Positions 17,943 to 28,222 of a stretch of DNA of 64,000 nt are shown one piece after another (the first letter of the stretch is position 1; every line of letters begins with the position of its first letter). The notes beneath the pieces are model-generated. The model searched no databases. It saw nothing but the letters and a program-made list of their open reading frames with translations, and was not told where the DNA came from. Source of the DNA: Nitrosopumilus sp. (lineage in GTDB: Archaea > Thermoproteota > Nitrososphaeria > Nitrososphaerales > Nitrosopumilaceae); NCBI GenBank assembly GCA_965223425.1, contig OZ245003.1, forward strand, positions 2,432,001-2,496,000, written 5' to 3'. Position numbers and translations under genes: made by a program.

Positions 17943-19274
17943 TTATTTGAAATATTTCTCTAGTTTGATACTGCCAAGTTTTGGAATTTTTGCCAATTCA
18001 AATCCCTCTGGGCGTTTTGAGAGAGAGTGGGTAGCATCAATGCCCATTTTTGCAGTGCGTAGTTTCTTTTGATCACTGGAAGGATCAAGACTGGAACCAC
18101 GCACGTTTTTTATGATTATCAAATCTTTATCTGCTTGAAACCTAGTGGCCATTGCATATTCTACTGACTCTGCATCGTTAGGATCAATATCTTCATCAAC
18201 TACAGTTACTTGCTTTAGAGAGCGATGGGATTCGAATGTTTTTTTGATGATTTGTTTAGGATCAGACTCGTTTTTCTTTTTTATTTGTACAACTGCATGC
18301 AACCAGTTACATCCACCGTTAGTCATTGAGACTTGCTGTGTCTGAGGGTAACTTTTCTTCAGTTCTCCATTTAATTTTGACTCTATGGGCATGCCCATCA
18401 ACAGCCTATGTTCTGAATAACCAGACAGAACATCATGGAAGACAGGATTGTTTCTAAAATACAGGTTTTCAAGCTCAAAGACGGGCTGAGATCTTCTGTG
18501 ATCGTATGTCTGAAGCATCTCAACCATCCATTCGGGATGGGTTTTGTCACGAAGAATTTTTCCCTCCATTACAATTTCAGCATCTGATGGCACATCCAAT
18601 CCTGTAAAGGGGAGTTTTGCCAAAGTTAGCTTTCCATTCAAGAGAGAATTGGCAATATCAATCTCATCTTTCCCCCATTCAGCTTGATATGCACCTGCAA
18701 TGGAAATTGCTGGATGAACTCCGACAGTAAGCGCGATTTTCAAATCATCGCCGTGTTCTTTGGCATCAACAAAACATCGGTGCAGATGACGTCCTTCTAC
18801 CATTCTAATTGAAAAATGAGTTTTATCAATTGGCATCAATCTATGAAAAGACGAATTTTGTTTTCCAGTTTCAGGATTTTTAGCATAGGCAATCGAGGAT
18901 GTGATAAATGGTCCAGATTCCTTTTGAAAGTGGGTCACAATAGGCATGGAGAAGATATTTTTTGACTTGTTTTCCATGAATTTGCCTGATGGGATAATTT
19001 TTGGCTTTTTAGCTTTTTTTATTGCTGAAATAATTTTTTGATGGATGCCATCCTCTGTTCCTCCAACTGCAAGAGCAAATCTCTTTCTAGTTCCCACCAA
19101 ATTAGCAACTAAACTAAAACTGCTTTCCTTGATATTTTCAAATAAAACAGCATGGGAGCCGTCAACTTTTGCGGTAATTCCTGCAATTTCAAATTTTGTA
19201 GAAACTTTTGTTCTTATAATTTTAAGATCCTTACCCTTTTTTATTTGGGAAATATAGTTTCTTAGATCACTCAT
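17943..19274 (-). CDS. ubiD: UbiD-family prFMN-dependent decarboxylase
   Basis: SGPFITS, SFHR, EIVMEG, VVDEDID, SLDPS, KMGIDAT. Confidence 0.92.
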   Translation of the reverse strand: MSDLRNYISQIKKGKDLKIIRTKVSTKFEIAGITAKVDGSHAVLFENIKESSFSLVANLVGTRKRFALAVGGTEDGIHQKIISAIKKAKKPKIIPSGKFMENKSKNIFSMPIVTHFQKESGPFITSSIAYAKNPETGKQNSSFHRLMPIDKTHFSIRMVEGRHLHRCFVDAKEHGDDLKIALTVGVHPAISIAGAYQAEWGKDEIDIANSLLNGKLTLAKLPFTGLDVPSDAEIVMEGKILRDKTHPEWMVEMLQTYDHRRSQPVFELENLYFRNNPVFHDVLSGYSEHRLLMGMPIESKLNGELKKSYPQTQQVSMTNGGCNWLHAVVQIKKKNESDPKQIIKKTFESHRSLKQVTVVDEDIDPNDAESVEYAMATRFQADKDLIIIKNVRGSSLDPSSDQKKLRTAKMGIDATHSLSKRPEGFELAKIPKLGSIKLEKYFK

Positions 19275-19608
19275 TCTCAATCATCTCAATGATCTCAGAC
19301 ATTAAGGCTTTTGCAGTTTTTGGTTCCAATTCCTTTTGAATAAAAGCAGAAACCAAAGCAATCCCCCTCATCCTGGTACTAATCCGTTCAGACACAAGTT
19401 TAAGAAAAAGAGATTCGGTTTTTGATGGGATAACAGTAGTCGTAACCGGGGCAGGGCCAGTTGCTAAAGAAGCAACAACAGAGCCAATCTTGTTAGATCC
19501 CTCCGTTACAGATACAAAATATCCATTTTCAAACTTTTGAATCTGTAAAGAAAAACCGCGACTCTCCAAATTTACCATTTTTTGGAAAAATCCATTTGGA
19601 GATGTCAA
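19267..19608 (-). CDS. Hypothetical protein (possibly proteasome-assembly-chaperone-like)
   Basis: 113-aa ORF in an operon with ubiD; the family call is tentative. Confidence 0.55.
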   Translation of the reverse strand: MTSPNGFFQKMVNLESRGFSLQIQKFENGYFVSVTEGSNKIGSVVASLATGPAPVTTTVIPSKTESLFLKLVSERISTRMRGIALVSAFIQKELEPKTAKALMSEIIEMIENE

Positions 19609-19625
19609 TAAGCTATGAACAAATC

Positions 19626-20087
19626 TTATGCTTTTATTGCTATTGATTCACTTTCTGTGGAGGTTTCGATGTTTGGATTTTTCTTACAATTCTTTTCGTG
19701 TTTGTCTGCATAAACAAACAATTTTTCACAATATTTGCAAGGAGTCTTTTCTTTAGCTGTTGCTTTGGATTTTGTTGTTTTTGCTTTTGCAATTCTAGAT
19801 TTGGATTTTGTTTTTGCTTTTACAACACCAACTTCAATCTCTTCTGTTTGAACATCTACAACTGATTTAGCTTCAATAGAATCAGCCTCAACTCTAGCAC
19901 GTAACTTTGCTTTGTATTTCAAATTACGTGGTTTTGTTCTTAACCTGTATCCACAACATGGACACCAAAGTCCCTCCCATTTGATGAATATTTCACAAAT
20001 TTGGCATCGACGTTGTCCAGAGGCATATCTTCCGGTTCCAACAGGCTTTTGAGCCTTGTATCTAACACAAATTCCTTTACAAGTCAT
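19626..20087 (-). CDS. Zn-finger protein with Lys-rich linker
   Basis: CKGIC, RCQICE, CPCCG and a C-terminal C2HC (CKYC..H...C). Confidence 0.8.
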   Translation of the reverse strand: MTCKGICVRYKAQKPVGTGRYASGQRRCQICEIFIKWEGLWCPCCGYRLRTKPRNLKYKAKLRARVEADSIEAKSVVDVQTEEIEVGVVKAKTKSKSRIAKAKTTKSKATAKEKTPCKYCEKLFVYADKHEKNCKKNPNIETSTESESIAIKA

Positions 20088-20447
20088 CTTGGTAGTTTGT
20101 TATAGAATTCACAACTATATAAGGTTAGATCGATAAGATCTATAAAAAAAATCAAAAAATATGAAAATATTTTGAATAATTTTGCGATCGAACATATTAG
20201 TTTCAAAAAAAACGGACAAATCTTCAATAAATATGTATAGCTGATTTCCAGATCATATTTTTTGCAAAAATGACATGTATCAATATAGGTGTTTAACAAA
20301 AAAGTTCATTTTTTTTTCAAAAAAGACAATAAAATGTAGGATACCCCCACCCCCACCCCCACTTTCATCATTGTGCCAGTAAAGTGTAAGCAAAAAATGG
20401 CAAACTCACGTTATTTTCAAAATTTTACAAGGCAAATTTTTGGTTTG

Positions 20448-21089
20448 TTAACCTGTAATCGACAGAGGCAGAACAGAGTGTCTGTATCCATCTCGCTGTG
20501 AAATGTATTTTGCAGAAAGCATGTCTCGTTTTCCTCTTTGATTGAAATTTTTAATTTTCAGACTGGTTTTCCTTTCATCGACAAATTCTAATTCAAAAGA
20601 GGAACAAAATTTCAAATTAAGCATGGTTAGAATCTGTTTTGCAATTTTCATATTCCCATTACCAATTTTTACGATTTTTCGTTTTGCCCGAAGACCTCCT
20701 AAAACTTGTATAATATGAAAAATTAATTTGTCAGCTGAGGAATAAAAGGAGCTTTCAATCTCTTTACCATAATAAAAAACCGATAGCCCAATTCGTTGTC
20801 CTGGATCAATCCCTAAGATCAGATTATCTTCTTCAAAATCTAAATTGAGTTTTTGCATCATTATACCTCTAATTACAGTATGATGATGCTCAAAAATATC
20901 TTCATGCAGTAATGGTTTTTTACATTTTTTGGGGGATTCTTTCCTAGTAGTAAGAACAAGATGTCCAGAATAATCTAGAATTTCTTCAGGAAGAATAGAA
21001 TCAAATGATAATTTGAGGGCCTTGAGATAGGTTGAAAATCTATAGTACGGCTTACCATAAGTAGTCGCAATTCCAATACGGGCATTCAG
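20448..21089 (-). CDS. RNase H-like (YqgF/RuvC-like) fold hypothetical protein
   Basis: LILGIDPG...VDER...D motif. The frame stays open upstream of the listed ATG (20861) to a CTG at 21089 (LNARIGIATTYGKPYY...). Confidence 0.65.
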   Translation of the reverse strand: MNARIGIATTYGKPYYRFSTYLKALKLSFDSILPEEILDYSGHLVLTTRKESPKKCKKPLLHEDIFEHHHTVIRGIMMQKLNLDFEEDNLILGIDPGQRIGLSVFYYGKEIESSFYSSADKLIFHIIQVLGGLRAKRKIVKIGNGNMKIAKQILTMLNLKFCSSFELEFVDERKTSLKIKNFNQRGKRDMLSAKYISQRDGYRHSVLPLSITG

Positions 21090-21131
21090 TAGGGGATCGA
21101 TATTTGATAAAACAACATATGAGATTTAGAT

Positions 21132-21467
21132 TTATGCCTTCAAAACAGTTGACACGACGTGTTTCACTGCTTCATCAAAATTAGCATCAATTTTTGACTG
21201 TATTTCTGATAATTTAGCCTCACCGTCTTGGGAAATTTTTGCAGATTCTGCAGTTGCCTTTTCTTTTGAGGCAGTAATAATAGTTTCAGCCTCTTTTGTA
21301 GCCATTTCTCTGGTTTTTTCTAACAAGGCGTCAATTTCAGTTTGTGTCTTTACGGCAAGTTGTTTTTTCATATCAGCAACTTTGCCATTTAGAGAATCCA
21401 TATCACCTTCTAAACTGCTCAAAGACTTGATAATTCCGGTAACTTTAGATTCAGATACATTGCTCAT
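21132..21467 (-). CDS. Coiled-coil protein resembling A-ATPase subunit H
   Basis: Helical EA..II..AKE.A pattern, C-terminal NFDEAVKHVV. Confidence 0.55.
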   Translation of the reverse strand: MSNVSESKVTGIIKSLSSLEGDMDSLNGKVADMKKQLAVKTQTEIDALLEKTREMATKEAETIITASKEKATAESAKISQDGEAKLSEIQSKIDANFDEAVKHVVSTVLKA

Positions 21468-21538
21468 ATACCCAAATTCGAATTTTCCATTAATTAAATC
21501 ATTCAGTTTTTACGCAATTTTAGGCACAAAAATGGCAT

Positions 21539-21880
21539 TTATCCAGTAGTTAGAAGTAAAATTGCTCTTGCAAGATCGCCCTTGGCTTCCTCCAAGGCAT
21601 TTTTAGCCTTTTCTTCATCAACTCCGGCTTGTTGACTGACTAGCTGAATATCCTCTTCTGAGAAAATTGGAACCTCCAACTCACTTTCCTCATAACTATC
21701 TGCAGTCACTGTAAAAATAGAATTATCTTTTGCTTTCATTTCAGTAACGGAGGGCTTGGAGATAATAATCTCTTTTTTGTCGGTCTTGATGATCACCTCT
21801 TGAACATTTGGAAGTTCATTCATGTCAAGGCCCATCTTGTCCATCATTCTTCGCATTTCGCGATTTCCTCCTCGCATCAT
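21539..21880 (-). CDS. nac: Nascent polypeptide-associated complex protein
   Basis: MRRMMDKMG...EEDIQLVSQQAGV...ALEEAKGDLARAIL. Confidence 0.95.
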   Translation of the reverse strand: MMRGGNREMRRMMDKMGLDMNELPNVQEVIIKTDKKEIIISKPSVTEMKAKDNSIFTVTADSYEESELEVPIFSEEDIQLVSQQAGVDEEKAKNALEEAKGDLARAILLLTTG

Positions 21881-22350
21881 GATTCTATTTCCCCCTTGCG
21901 ACTTTTTAAACTATCTCTAACCTTAATTGCCACGCCCCTATCAAAATCTGAGATCATCTCGCTGGATAAAACTGCCTTGCCAACTGCAATTATTTTATCT
22001 TTGAACAATACTGGGGTGTCAGCAGAAATTCGTACTTTTTTTCCACACCATACGACGTGTTTACAAAATACAGATCTGCCCTCCTTGACAAATGGAGCAG
22101 CATCTTTGTTTATCTCAACACAATTTTCACGGAATGTTTTACTCTTCAATAAAATTTGAGCAAAATAAGGACTAATTGCCAAACCGCCATCAATTCTCAA
22201 AGTGCACAGCAACTTTCCTTTATGTGAAACAGTTCTTATTCTTCCTGTTTTTCGTGAAAAGGCCATCTCAATGTCTTTGGGCAAATGTTTGGATACGCCA
22301 TTTCCAAATAATGCATCAATTGAACACCGAAGCTTGAGAGTTTGGTCCAT
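21877..22350 (-). CDS. PUA-domain protein (archaeosine TGT C-terminal-like)
   Basis: SRKTGRIR, GRSVFCKHV, AVGKA, GVAIKVR. Confidence 0.85.
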   Translation of the reverse strand: MDQTLKLRCSIDALFGNGVSKHLPKDIEMAFSRKTGRIRTVSHKGKLLCTLRIDGGLAISPYFAQILLKSKTFRENCVEINKDAAPFVKEGRSVFCKHVVWCGKKVRISADTPVLFKDKIIAVGKAVLSSEMISDFDRGVAIKVRDSLKSRKGEIES

Positions 22351-22441
22351 GTGTATAGGCGATCTTTTCTAAATATTAGTTCAATGCAAAACTATATCAG
22401 AAATGCTAAACTATATAGACTGAGATTTTCCTCTTTAGATT

Positions 22442-23488
22442 GTGGAAGAAACAGGTGAAACAAGAAAAATCCAATTTACAGGAAAATCATCATACATAAT
22501 TTCATTGCCAAAACAATGGATAACAGAATTGGGTCTAAAACAAGGAGACCAAATTAGAATGGTCAGAAAAGGATCATCGACATTAGAGCTTTATCCACCA
22601 AAATTTGAATCTCGTACACAAAAGAAAGAGGATGCAGTAATAGAGATTGAGATTGAAGAGGAAGCATCTTCAATTGTTAGAAAATTAATTTCTCTGTATT
22701 TTTTGGGATTCAAAACCATTTACGTTAAACCAAAAAATGGCAGACTAAGTCCAAGTCAAAGAAACACTGTGAAGGGTGCCGTTAAACGAATGCTGATGGG
22801 TTCTGAAATTATTTCTGACTCGAGTGGAGGAATCACAGTACAGGTTCTTGTCAATTTGCTAGAACTGTCAGTTGACGGGGCATTCAAAAGAATGATTCAC
22901 CTGGCAAAATCAATGTCCAGTGATGCAATTTTATCAGTAAAAGAAAATAACCTAGATCTAGCTCAAGAGGTAATCAACACTGATGATGAAGTAGATAGAT
23001 TTGGATTTTATATTATTCGTCAACTGAAAATAGCCATACAAAATGAGCACATGCTAAAAGAAATGGGTTTTAGAAACGCTAGGAACTGTTTAGGATACAG
23101 ATTGGTTGTAAAAAATATAGAAAGAGCAGGAGATCATGCAGCGTTTATTGCAAAGGATCTTCTCGAGTTCAAAAAATCAGTCAAAAAAGAGATTTTAGAA
23201 AAATTGCAAGATATGAATGAATTTTGTTTGTCAGTGCTAGATGAATCATGTTTGGCATTATTCAAAGAAGACTATGCACAGGCAGAAAAGACCATTAAAA
23301 AGACAAGTGAGATTTCCAAATATGAGAAGAAAGTCAGAGACGCCTCAAAATCACTAAAAGATGATGAGGAGATTTGGAGGGTCAGAAGAATGACTGAGAA
23401 TATTCGAAGGGTGTCTGAATATGCCAGCGACATTGCAGAAATTGTCTTGAATATGAATATAGAAAAAGCACTAAAAAAATCAGGATAA
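22442..23488 (+). CDS. phoU: AbrB-PhoU phosphate uptake regulator
   Basis: RKIQFTGKSSYIISLPKQW, DDEVDR, IERAGDHA. Confidence 0.92.
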   Translation: MEETGETRKIQFTGKSSYIISLPKQWITELGLKQGDQIRMVRKGSSTLELYPPKFESRTQKKEDAVIEIEIEEEASSIVRKLISLYFLGFKTIYVKPKNGRLSPSQRNTVKGAVKRMLMGSEIISDSSGGITVQVLVNLLELSVDGAFKRMIHLAKSMSSDAILSVKENNLDLAQEVINTDDEVDRFGFYIIRQLKIAIQNEHMLKEMGFRNARNCLGYRLVVKNIERAGDHAAFIAKDLLEFKKSVKKEILEKLQDMNEFCLSVLDESCLALFKEDYAQAEKTIKKTSEISKYEKKVRDASKSLKDDEEIWRVRRMTENIRRVSEYASDIAEIVLNMNIEKALKKSG

Positions 23489-23545
23489 TTTATCAAAAAC
23501 AGGTAGAATCTTTAACTCGAATTATGCTGAGAATACTGAATAAAA

Positions 23546-24664
23546 ATGAATTCGGCAATTTTAATCACGTATGATAAAGATGACGCAATTAATGAGGCAA
23601 AGGGGTTGTGCGACGCGGCAGGATACCAAGTGGTTCACATAATCAAACAAAAATTTCTAAAAAAACCAAAGTATGGAATTAGCGGTGGAATTTTAGAAAG
23701 ACTAGAAGAGATATCAGAAAAACTCAGACCAGACGTGATCGTCTTTGATGAAATTTTAAAGCCAAGCCAAAACTACAATCTTGCATCTGTTTTACATAGA
23801 GAAATTTTAGACAGAGAGGCATTAATTCTTGAAATTTTTGAAAGCAGGGCATCAAGTGCAGAATCAAAATTGCAAGTAAAATTAGCACAGTTAAGATATG
23901 AGATAGCAAGAGCAAAAGAAAAAGTTCGTCTTTCAAGTATGGGGGAACAGCCAGGATTTATGGGGATAGGAAAATTCGAGGTTGATGTGTATTATAATGA
24001 CATCAAGCATAGAATGCAGACAATAAAATCCAAACTGGAAAAAGCTGGAAAACAAAGAGAACTTCACAGGCAGGGGAGAAAGAGAATGGGATTCAAAACA
24101 ATCTCACTAGCAGGGTATACATCTGCAGGAAAGACCACATTATTTAATAAAATGACAGGGGAAACTCGAGCACAAAGTAAAGAACTGTTCACAACTCTTT
24201 CAACAACTACAAGGAGAGTTACAATTAATCAAGAACCATTCCTAATTTCAGATACAGTAGGCTTTATCAGCAAATTGCCTGCATACATGATAGATGCATT
24301 CAAGTCCACATTAGAAGAGTTAGGACATGCAGACATCATTATTGTTGTAATAGATATTAGTGACTCGTTGTTTGAATTAAAAAAGAAATTTGCCAGCTGC
24401 ATGAGAACATTAAGCGAGTTAAGAGTTGAAAAAGACAGGATGGCATATGCATTAAACAAAGCAGATTTGTTAGAATTCGGAGAGCTAGAGCAGAAAATCA
24501 ACATGCTGAATTTAGCTGAAAACAAAAAATGGATCTCAGTATCTGCAAAAACAGGCAAGAACATTAAGGAGCTTGAGGAGCTAATCAGAGATATCATGGA
24601 GAGTCATGATTCGTACAAATCCAGGAAGAGTTCTTTGGGGGTTGAGGAGACACTTGGCAATTGA
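23546..24664 (+). CDS. hflX: GTPase HflX
   Basis: [37 protein letters not shown]. Confidence 0.95.
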   Translation: MNSAILITYDKDDAINEAKGLCDAAGYQVVHIIKQKFLKKPKYGISGGILERLEEISEKLRPDVIVFDEILKPSQNYNLASVLHREILDREALILEIFESRASSAESKLQVKLAQLRYEIARAKEKVRLSSMGEQPGFMGIGKFEVDVYYNDIKHRMQTIKSKLEKAGKQRELHRQGRKRMGFKTISLAGYTSAGKTTLFNKMTGETRAQSKELFTTLSTTTRRVTINQEPFLISDTVGFISKLPAYMIDAFKSTLEELGHADIIIVVIDISDSLFELKKKFASCMRTLSELRVEKDRMAYALNKADLLEFGELEQKINMLNLAENKKWISVSAKTGKNIKELEELIRDIMESHDSYKSRKSSLGVEETLGN

Positions 24665-25187
24665 AGTAGTCAGAATCGGGCAGCGCCTTGTAAGGGATGA
24701 TAGGGTTACAACTCATGTAGCATTAGTTGCAAGGGCATTTGGAGCTGAAAAAATTTTCATGACTGAAGTAAATCCCGAAATCAAGGAGACTTTGGAGAAG
24801 ATCAATGATGCCTGGGGAGGAAGTTTTGAAGTTGAGTTTATTGATAAATGGAAGTCCGTTGTAAAAAAGAAAAAAGAAGACAACTTTAGAGTTGTACATC
24901 TTTCAATGTATGGAGAAAAAATTAATGATGTGCAGGAAAAACTTGCAAGAGAAGAAAACTTGCTAGTTGTTGTGGGTGCTGAGAAAGTCCCAAGAGAAAT
25001 TTATGAAATATCAGACTATAATGTGGGAGTGGGAAGTCAGCCACATTCGGAAGTTAGCGCATTGGCAATACTATTAGACCGTATTCAAAATGGAAAACAG
25101 TTTGAGAATGAATTCCCAAATGCAAAAAAGAGGATCATACCCACAAAAACGGGTAAAAACGTCAAAGTAAAAGAAACAAGGGATTAA
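24654..25187 (+). CDS. trm56: tRNA (cytidine56-2'-O)-methyltransferase
   Basis: [42 protein letters not shown]; TTG start at 24654 assumed. Confidence 0.95.
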   Translation: MAIEVVRIGQRLVRDDRVTTHVALVARAFGAEKIFMTEVNPEIKETLEKINDAWGGSFEVEFIDKWKSVVKKKKEDNFRVVHLSMYGEKINDVQEKLAREENLLVVVGAEKVPREIYEISDYNVGVGSQPHSEVSALAILLDRIQNGKQFENEFPNAKKRIIPTKTGKNVKVKETRD

Positions 25188-25213
25188 TAATAGAAAATTG
25201 GGAATGATTAGAG

Positions 25214-25729
25214 TTGGTAGACAAATACGAGGATCCTTTTGTTAGAATTGCCTCCATGATTGGAGGAGATGAATATCTCAAAGTAGCAAGATCCCTGCTA
25301 AAAGCCGAAGATGCGACAGATGAAGAAATTGCAAGCTCTACAGGCCTTAGAATCAACATGGTAAGAAAAGTATTGTACGATCTGTTTGGAAAATCGCTCA
25401 TTACTGGAATCAGAGTAAAAGATGAGAGAAAAGGCTGGTTTGTCTACAGATGGAGAACCAGGAGAGAAGAAGTCGAGCATTTTATTGAAAACCAAAAAAA
25501 GAAAATTTCAGAGAGGTTACAGCAAAGGCTGGATTATGAAAACGCCTCTGACTTTTATCATTGCGGTAATGAAGATTGTCCAAGAGTGACCTTTGAAGAA
25601 TCGCTTGAAGGCATGTTCAAGTGCCCATCATGCGGAAATGTTCTAAATCTAAAAAAGAATGACAAATCTAAAAAAGCATATTCAAAAAAGATTGATGAGA
25701 TCAACAAGGACATGCAGCAAACATTCTGA
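25214..25729 (+). CDS. tfe: Transcription factor E
   Basis: TDEEIA...VRKVLYDL, GWFVYRW, Zn ribbon FKCPSCG. Confidence 0.95.
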   Translation: MVDKYEDPFVRIASMIGGDEYLKVARSLLKAEDATDEEIASSTGLRINMVRKVLYDLFGKSLITGIRVKDERKGWFVYRWRTRREEVEHFIENQKKKISERLQQRLDYENASDFYHCGNEDCPRVTFEESLEGMFKCPSCGNVLNLKKNDKSKKAYSKKIDEINKDMQQTF

Positions 25730-25844
25730 TCGCATAATAAAGCAATCAGAATTTCATAATAATTTCAAACATTATAGAACGTAAAATGCGTTCGTAAAGT
25801 GAAAAGATGGGTATTCCTTAAGTATTATTTACGCGTACTATATG

Positions 25845-25957
25845 TGACGAGGACACTTGATGACATCAGTCTGTTAAGTGAAGATCAATGAGATCTTAGG
25901 AACGCCTTGGGCTTTGAAGTACGTTCGGAGTTCATGATTCCTGTGAGGTCCTCGTCA
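25845..25957 (+). ncRNA. Putative structured sRNA (C/D-box or K-turn-like)
   Basis: Perfect 10-bp terminal stem TGACGAGGAC/GTCCTCGTCA, TGATGA box at 25858-25863, GTGA next to the 3' stem, two internal hairpins. Confidence 0.5.
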
Positions 25958-26083
25958 ACTTCTTCTTCATCATCATCACCTGAATCATCACATTCTTCCA
26001 TCTCCACAGGTACAGGATTTTCATCTTAGGACAAATAATTAAAAGATGGAAATTAGTTAACGATTTTATGTTAACAAATTGGT

Positions 26084-26350
26084 TTAATGATTAGAAAGGC
26101 CTTTTGACTTTACAAAAGCCCAAATCTTTTTAGTCATTTCACTTGGTGCAATTGCTTTGCTTCCAAAGACTTGCTCTACAGTTTCTTTGCGACCTGCAAA
26201 ACTTATTGCGTAACCGCCAAATGCTGGTTTTTTAGATTTAGACTTGGACTTTATTTTTGTTGCAGCCTTCTTTTTTGTTGCAACTTTTCTTTTTGTTGCA
26301 GTTTTCTTTTTTGTAGTTTTTCTTTGTGTAGATTTCTTTTTTACTGCCAA
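26084..26350 (-). CDS. SWIB/MDM2-like domain protein with Lys-rich histone-H1-like N-terminus
   Basis: KKKTATKRKVATKKK followed by VFG...SEMTKKIWAFVKSKGL. Confidence 0.7.
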   Translation of the reverse strand: MAVKKKSTQRKTTKKKTATKRKVATKKKAATKIKSKSKSKKPAFGGYAISFAGRKETVEQVFGSKAIAPSEMTKKIWAFVKSKGLSNH

Positions 26351-26385
26351 TTTCTTGTAATTTTATTTTAAATTAGGTATATAAC

Positions 26386-27042
26386 TTACACCTTAGCGTA
26401 ATTCAAAACAAGGTGATTTTTGAGCCTCTTAACTGACTTGAGGTTCAGAGTGGGAGAATTTGAAATTTTTTCAAAACCCTTTCCGCCTGCAAAAGAAACA
26501 GCATCGTTTCCACCAATTAAAAATGGAGACAGTGTAACGATTAATTCATCAAAAATATTATGTTTAATAAATTCCCAATTAACAGTTCCACCGCCTTCAA
26601 CAAGAATTGTTTTAATTTTTTTATCTGAAAGTTTTTTTAATAATAGTTTAAGGTTGACAGATTCCTCACCGGCAATAATTATGTCTACAGGAAATTTGCG
26701 CAGTTTATCAAGATTTGATTTGCTAATTTTTTTGGATACAGCTATAATAGTTGGAGTTTTATGACTTGATTGCAGGATTTTTGATTTTCCAGATATGCTA
26801 CCATTAGAATCCAGAATTATTCTAGTCGGGTTTTTTCCTCTGGTATGTCGTACGGTTAGCAAAGGGTTGTCTCTTAAAACAGTATTTTTGCCAACAAGAA
26901 TTGCGTCTACCTTGGATCTTAACTTGTGAAGTCTAGCTTTATCTTGTTTTGAAGACATTTTTGAATCATTTGTTCTAGTAGCAATCTTTCCATCAATTGA
27001 CAGTGCTGCACTTAGAATTACATAAGGTCTAGATTTTGCCAT
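26386..27042 (-). CDS. arfC: 2,5-diamino-6-ribosylamino-4(3H)-pyrimidinone 5'-phosphate reductase (RibD C-terminal type)
   Basis: SAALSIDGKIA, DAILVGKNTV..DNPLLT, LVEGGG. Confidence 0.9.
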   Translation of the reverse strand: MAKSRPYVILSAALSIDGKIATRTNDSKMSSKQDKARLHKLRSKVDAILVGKNTVLRDNPLLTVRHTRGKNPTRIILDSNGSISGKSKILQSSHKTPTIIAVSKKISKSNLDKLRKFPVDIIIAGEESVNLKLLLKKLSDKKIKTILVEGGGTVNWEFIKHNIFDELIVTLSPFLIGGNDAVSFAGGKGFEKISNSPTLNLKSVKRLKNHLVLNYAKV

Positions 27043-28222
27043 GAACTATTTTACCTCCAATCATTACTGCCTTGACTGCAGACTCTGTTGCCCTATGAAC
27101 AATTGATGCATGTGGATTATGCATTGGTTCCAAATCCAATGCGTGCTTGTCAAGAAAAATACAATCGGCAGTTTTTCCAGTTTCAATGACTCCAATATTT
27201 TTTTGCAAAATTTTCCCCCCGTTCACTGTAGCCATTTTAAGAATTTCTTTAGGATCGACTCTTTTTTTATGAATTCCCATGGTTGCTTTCCAAAGAAAAT
27301 CCATTTCTCTGAACATATCTGGAGAATTTATCATAACGTTATCTGTGCCCAAGGCGACAGTACAGCCTGCCTTTTTCATTAGTTCTATATCCGGAATGCC
27401 CTCAGCTAGGGAGGAATTGGCTCTTGGACATATTACAATGCCTCGAGTTTTTTTTGCCGCCGCATGAAGATCATGTTTTGAGGCATGGGTCATATGAACC
27501 AAAAAATGCGGTTTCAGGGATAATGCTCGAATTGCCTCAGATTTTCCTGTAATTTTCTTGGATTTAGAAACACTTTGTTTAGTTTCAGAGGAGTGTATGG
27601 CCCGGAGTTTTGTTGTTTTTGAATAATAACTTAGAACAGACGGGCTGTTCTCATTTGCACCGCTAATGCCAATTCCGTCACAGTTTTTGATCAGCCTGTT
27701 GAGATCCTTAATTTTTTCTCTAGGATAGGGCAAGTTCTTTCTGATTTCAGCAGATTTTTGATAAAATTCCATCCTGCCTAGAACAACTGCACGTAAAGGA
27801 ATGTCAGACAATATTTTTTGGAGTAAGATAACGCCATCTAACCCACCTTCCCTAAAGTCTACAAATGTGGTGATCCCCTTCCGGACCATGGAGCGGCACG
27901 AATTTTTCATAAAAACTGATAAATTTTCTTGGGATGTATTTTTTAGAATTTTTGATTTGGTGCCAAATACGGGATGAATTCTTTTGTCAGCAGAACTATT
28001 TAGTGTGACATCTTTTCCAATTGAGTCGCCTATGTGTGTGTGGGCATTGATGAATCCAGGAATTAATAGGAGGCCCTCGCAATCTACAGAGTCTTCTTCT
28101 TTGTTGTTTGAGGTAATTTTTGGTTGAATTTTTTTGAATGTATTGTTTTGAATTCTGATGTCAGTATTTGGAATAAAGTCTAATTCCGTGCCAGATAGTA
28201 CGCTTGTGTTTTTTATTAACAT
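27029..28222 (-). CDS. Amidohydrolase-family metalloenzyme in the riboflavin cluster
   Basis: PGFINAHTHIGD, HSSE, VHMTH, CPRAN, LGTDN. Confidence 0.88.
   Translation of the reverse strand: MLIKNTSVLSGTELDFIPNTDIRIQNNTFKKIQPKITSNNKEEDSVDCEGLLLIPGFINAHTHIGDSIGKDVTLNSSADKRIHPVFGTKSKILKNTSQENLSVFMKNSCRSMVRKGITTFVDFREGGLDGVILLQKILSDIPLRAVVLGRMEFYQKSAEIRKNLPYPREKIKDLNRLIKNCDGIGISGANENSPSVLSYYSKTTKLRAIHSSETKQSVSKSKKITGKSEAIRALSLKPHFLVHMTHASKHDLHAAAKKTRGIVICPRANSSLAEGIPDIELMKKAGCTVALGTDNVMINSPDMFREMDFLWKATMGIHKKRVDPKEILKMATVNGGKILQKNIGVIETGKTADCIFLDKHALDLEPMHNPHASIVHRATESAVKAVMIGGKIVHGKI

Noticed and set aside
20088-20447. Replication origin
   Set aside because: AT-rich with G-strings, but no recognisable ORB repeats and no adjacent cdc6/orc1.
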